DNA of 64,000 nt from Gammaproteobacteria bacterium (GTDB lineage: Bacteria > Pseudomonadota > Gammaproteobacteria > Eutrophobiales > Eutrophobiaceae): assembly GCA_965116495.1 (NCBI GenBank), contig OZ220696.1, positions 2,144,001 to 2,208,000 of the forward strand. Reading direction: 5' to 3'. Shown piece by piece: positions 62,067 through 64,000 of this stretch; position 1 is the first letter of the stretch, and each line of letters opens with the position of its first letter. The position numbers and the translations under genes are program-made. The notes below the pieces were generated by a model. That model was not told the origin of the DNA. It saw nothing but the letters and a program-made list of their open reading frames with translations, and made no database searches.

Positions 62067-63065
62067 TTACTGCTCTGACCAGGCATCGTCATCAGGACTG
62101 TAGATATAACACGGCTTAAACTTTCCCGCCTCCACGACGCAGATCTCCGTCAACCGCCTGACCCTCATGCTTTCCACGTAATCCATGTGCAAGAACAGGT
62201 CCAGGTTGTGCAGGTATTCGGCTTCAATAACCTTGAACGGCAGTGTTGAACGGCCCATGGTCAGGCTGACCAGGCGTTTGAGCGCCGATCCGGCATCGTT
62301 CGCGTGCAACGTCGTGTATACACCGCGATGTCCCGTATTCAACGCCTGGAAGAATACTTCTGCGGCATCCGGCTCCCTGATCTCCCCGACGATGATCCGG
62401 TCGGGCCGCTGGCGCAGGGACGTCGCCAGAAGTGTTGCCAGGGTCAGTGCCGGAGTATCCTCGGAATCATGCCGTTGCGCCTCCATGTGTATGACATTGG
62501 GGGCGTTCATCCTGATCTCCGCCACGTCTTCACAGACCACGATCCGCTCACGCTTCGGAATGGCAAAAGACAATGCATTCAGCAACGTGGTCTTGCCGCT
62601 GTTGGTGGCGCCCGATACCAGCAGGTTATCGCCGCGTTCCACGGCATCGAGCAACAAGTCCTTCATCGCCGTATTGATGGTATGGCTCTCCACCAGGTGT
62701 TCGAGGTCCAAACCGCGGCGCCGGTGCAGGCGAATCGACAGGGTGCAACCGCCAGGCGTGGCCGCCGGCAAGGTCGCACATAACCGGCTGCCGTCAGGCA
62801 GGCGCGCATTGATGACAGGCGTTGTCACCGGATCGAAGTATTGCGACAAGGCATTGGCAACCTGTTCAATCAGGGTAGCGACGGCAGCGTCATCACGGAA
62901 TAAAAACGCGGTTTTATACATGCCCTGATCCAGGTCGTCCGCCCAGATGTCGTCATAGCGGTTGACCATGACATTCGTCACCCGGTCGTTGTCCAGAAGG
63001 GGTTGGATGGGCGAGAGGTAGAACCTGACCAGTTCCCAATCAGCGCTGGTTAATGCGGTCAACAT
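62067..63065 (-). CDS. VirB11/TrbB/CpaF-family secretion ATPase
   Basis: GATNSGKT, EDVAEI, RQRPDRIIVGEIR, NTGH..TLHAN. Confidence 0.88.
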   Translation of the reverse strand: MLTALTSADWELVRFYLSPIQPLLDNDRVTNVMVNRYDDIWADDLDQGMYKTAFLFRDDAAVATLIEQVANALSQYFDPVTTPVINARLPDGSRLCATLPAATPGGCTLSIRLHRRRGLDLEHLVESHTINTAMKDLLLDAVERGDNLLVSGATNSGKTTLLNALSFAIPKRERIVVCEDVAEIRMNAPNVIHMEAQRHDSEDTPALTLATLLATSLRQRPDRIIVGEIREPDAAEVFFQALNTGHRGVYTTLHANDAGSALKRLVSLTMGRSTLPFKVIEAEYLHNLDLFLHMDYVESMRVRRLTEICVVEAGKFKPCYIYSPDDDAWSEQ

Positions 63066-63160
63066 GATGATCCTTTATCCATATCCATACCTGTTTCCGT
63101 CAGTTCCCGCGTTAAGGTTTACGGGAACTTTTTCGTTATTGTAATCGATTCCGTCCATCC

Positions 63161-63270
63161 GTCATAGTGGACAGGGATTGTCCACTATCCAGCCACATAG
63201 ATGTGATTAGATGAGCCGCCCTCTGGGCGACATAGTATTTCACTGGATTCCCGCATGCGCGGGAATGACG
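63161..63270. repeat. REP-like doublet
   Basis: gtcatagtggac..gtccactatccag ... ctggattcccgcatgcgcgggaatgac. Confidence 0.7.
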
Positions 63271-63353
63271 AATGAGAATGTTTTCTGCTAGAATGCAAGA
63301 CTGATGGAAATAACTGGAGGAGACCGGCGTACGGAGTGCCGGCACACAGGAAT

Positions 63354-64000
63354 ATGGACGATTATCTACCCCGACTGGCAAGCTGGAGCGACCCCTGGTT
63401 CTGGCTGTGTTTTACCACCCTTCTTTATACGAATACCGTCATCGGCTTCTTCCCTCTCGCGTCGGACAGGGAGTTGACCGCGGCAGAGCACTTTTTAATG
63501 CACGCGCGGCGGCTCCTGCTGCTCATGTTCCTTGTTCTGTTCCCGGGCTTCCCATTGATCCTGTGGTTCCTGGCGACAAGCGTCACAGGCAGTGTCGCGG
63601 CCGCCAATAATATTGTGGATATAGTCATCATCAGCCGGGCCGGAAGGATGTGGGGGCTGGTAGCCGGCGGCCTGCTAGCCGGTCTGCTGACCCGGATCGT
63701 TTTCCTGCGCTACCTGTATCCGCGCTTCTCGTCCTGGTACATTTTCAGGCGGGTCTCGCAACGGGGCGACCAGGTATCCGATATACGGACCGAGGCCGAC
63801 CGCTACCGGGAAAAGAATTTTCGGCCCGGGAAATACTACAAGGCCGGGAAAATGTTTATCGGATTACGCCAGGATGACAAACCCCTGTACGTCGCAACGG
63901 AAGACTGGAAAAACTGGAACCAACGGATGGTAGGCGCTACCCAGACCGGCAAGGGTATCCTGTTCGGCGTGCAACTGGACCAGTCCGTACGTCAGGGGTT
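63354..64000 (+). CDS. Type IV coupling protein (VirD4/TraD/TrwB)-like ATPase, runs off the window
   Basis: Not in the ORF track. Open frame from ATG 63354 (MDDYLPRLASW..) with about 3 TM segments, then Walker A GATQTGKG near 63933. Confidence 0.65.
   Translation, partial: MDDYLPRLASWSDPWFWLCFTTLLYTNTVIGFFPLASDRELTAAEHFLMHARRLLLLMFLVLFPGFPLILWFLATSVTGSVAAANNIVDIVIISRAGRMWGLVAGGLLAGLLTRIVFLRYLYPRFSSWYIFRRVSQRGDQVSDIRTEADRYREKNFRPGKYYKAGKMFIGLRQDDKPLYVATEDWKNWNQRMVGATQTGKGILFGVQLDQSVRQG

Overview
Gammaproteobacterial-type chromosomal window. Housekeeping blocks: nadE-sucDC, suhB/trmJ, prpD-ppdK, tRNA-Gly, thiSG-trmB-cysQ, and tRNA-Phe-yggX-mutY-asmA-argH. Three accessory zones interrupt them. 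(1) 1-8.7 kb is a defence-like block: a 1783-aa Type ISP-like restriction-modification fusion with an extra C-terminal domain, a secreted YHYH/nuclease-like protein, an HNH nuclease and an FRG-TPR protein. (2) About 23-55 kb lies downstream of tRNA-Phe and holds an amide/N-compound catabolic cluster followed by a dense toxin-antitoxin (TA) array. The array is punctuated by at least four degenerate copies of the tRNA-Phe 3' end with conserved non-tRNA flanks, which suggests tandem att-delimited islets; no integrase is visible in the window. (3) A divergent VirB11/CpaF ATPase and coupling-protein-like gene pair sits at the right edge. Intergenic regions carry several gene-less inverted-repeat elements (two MITEs, 7-mer and 9-mer tandem inverted arrays, REP-like doublets), and many genes survive only as deletion remnants. 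All family calls come from motif recognition by eye; no database searches were run.
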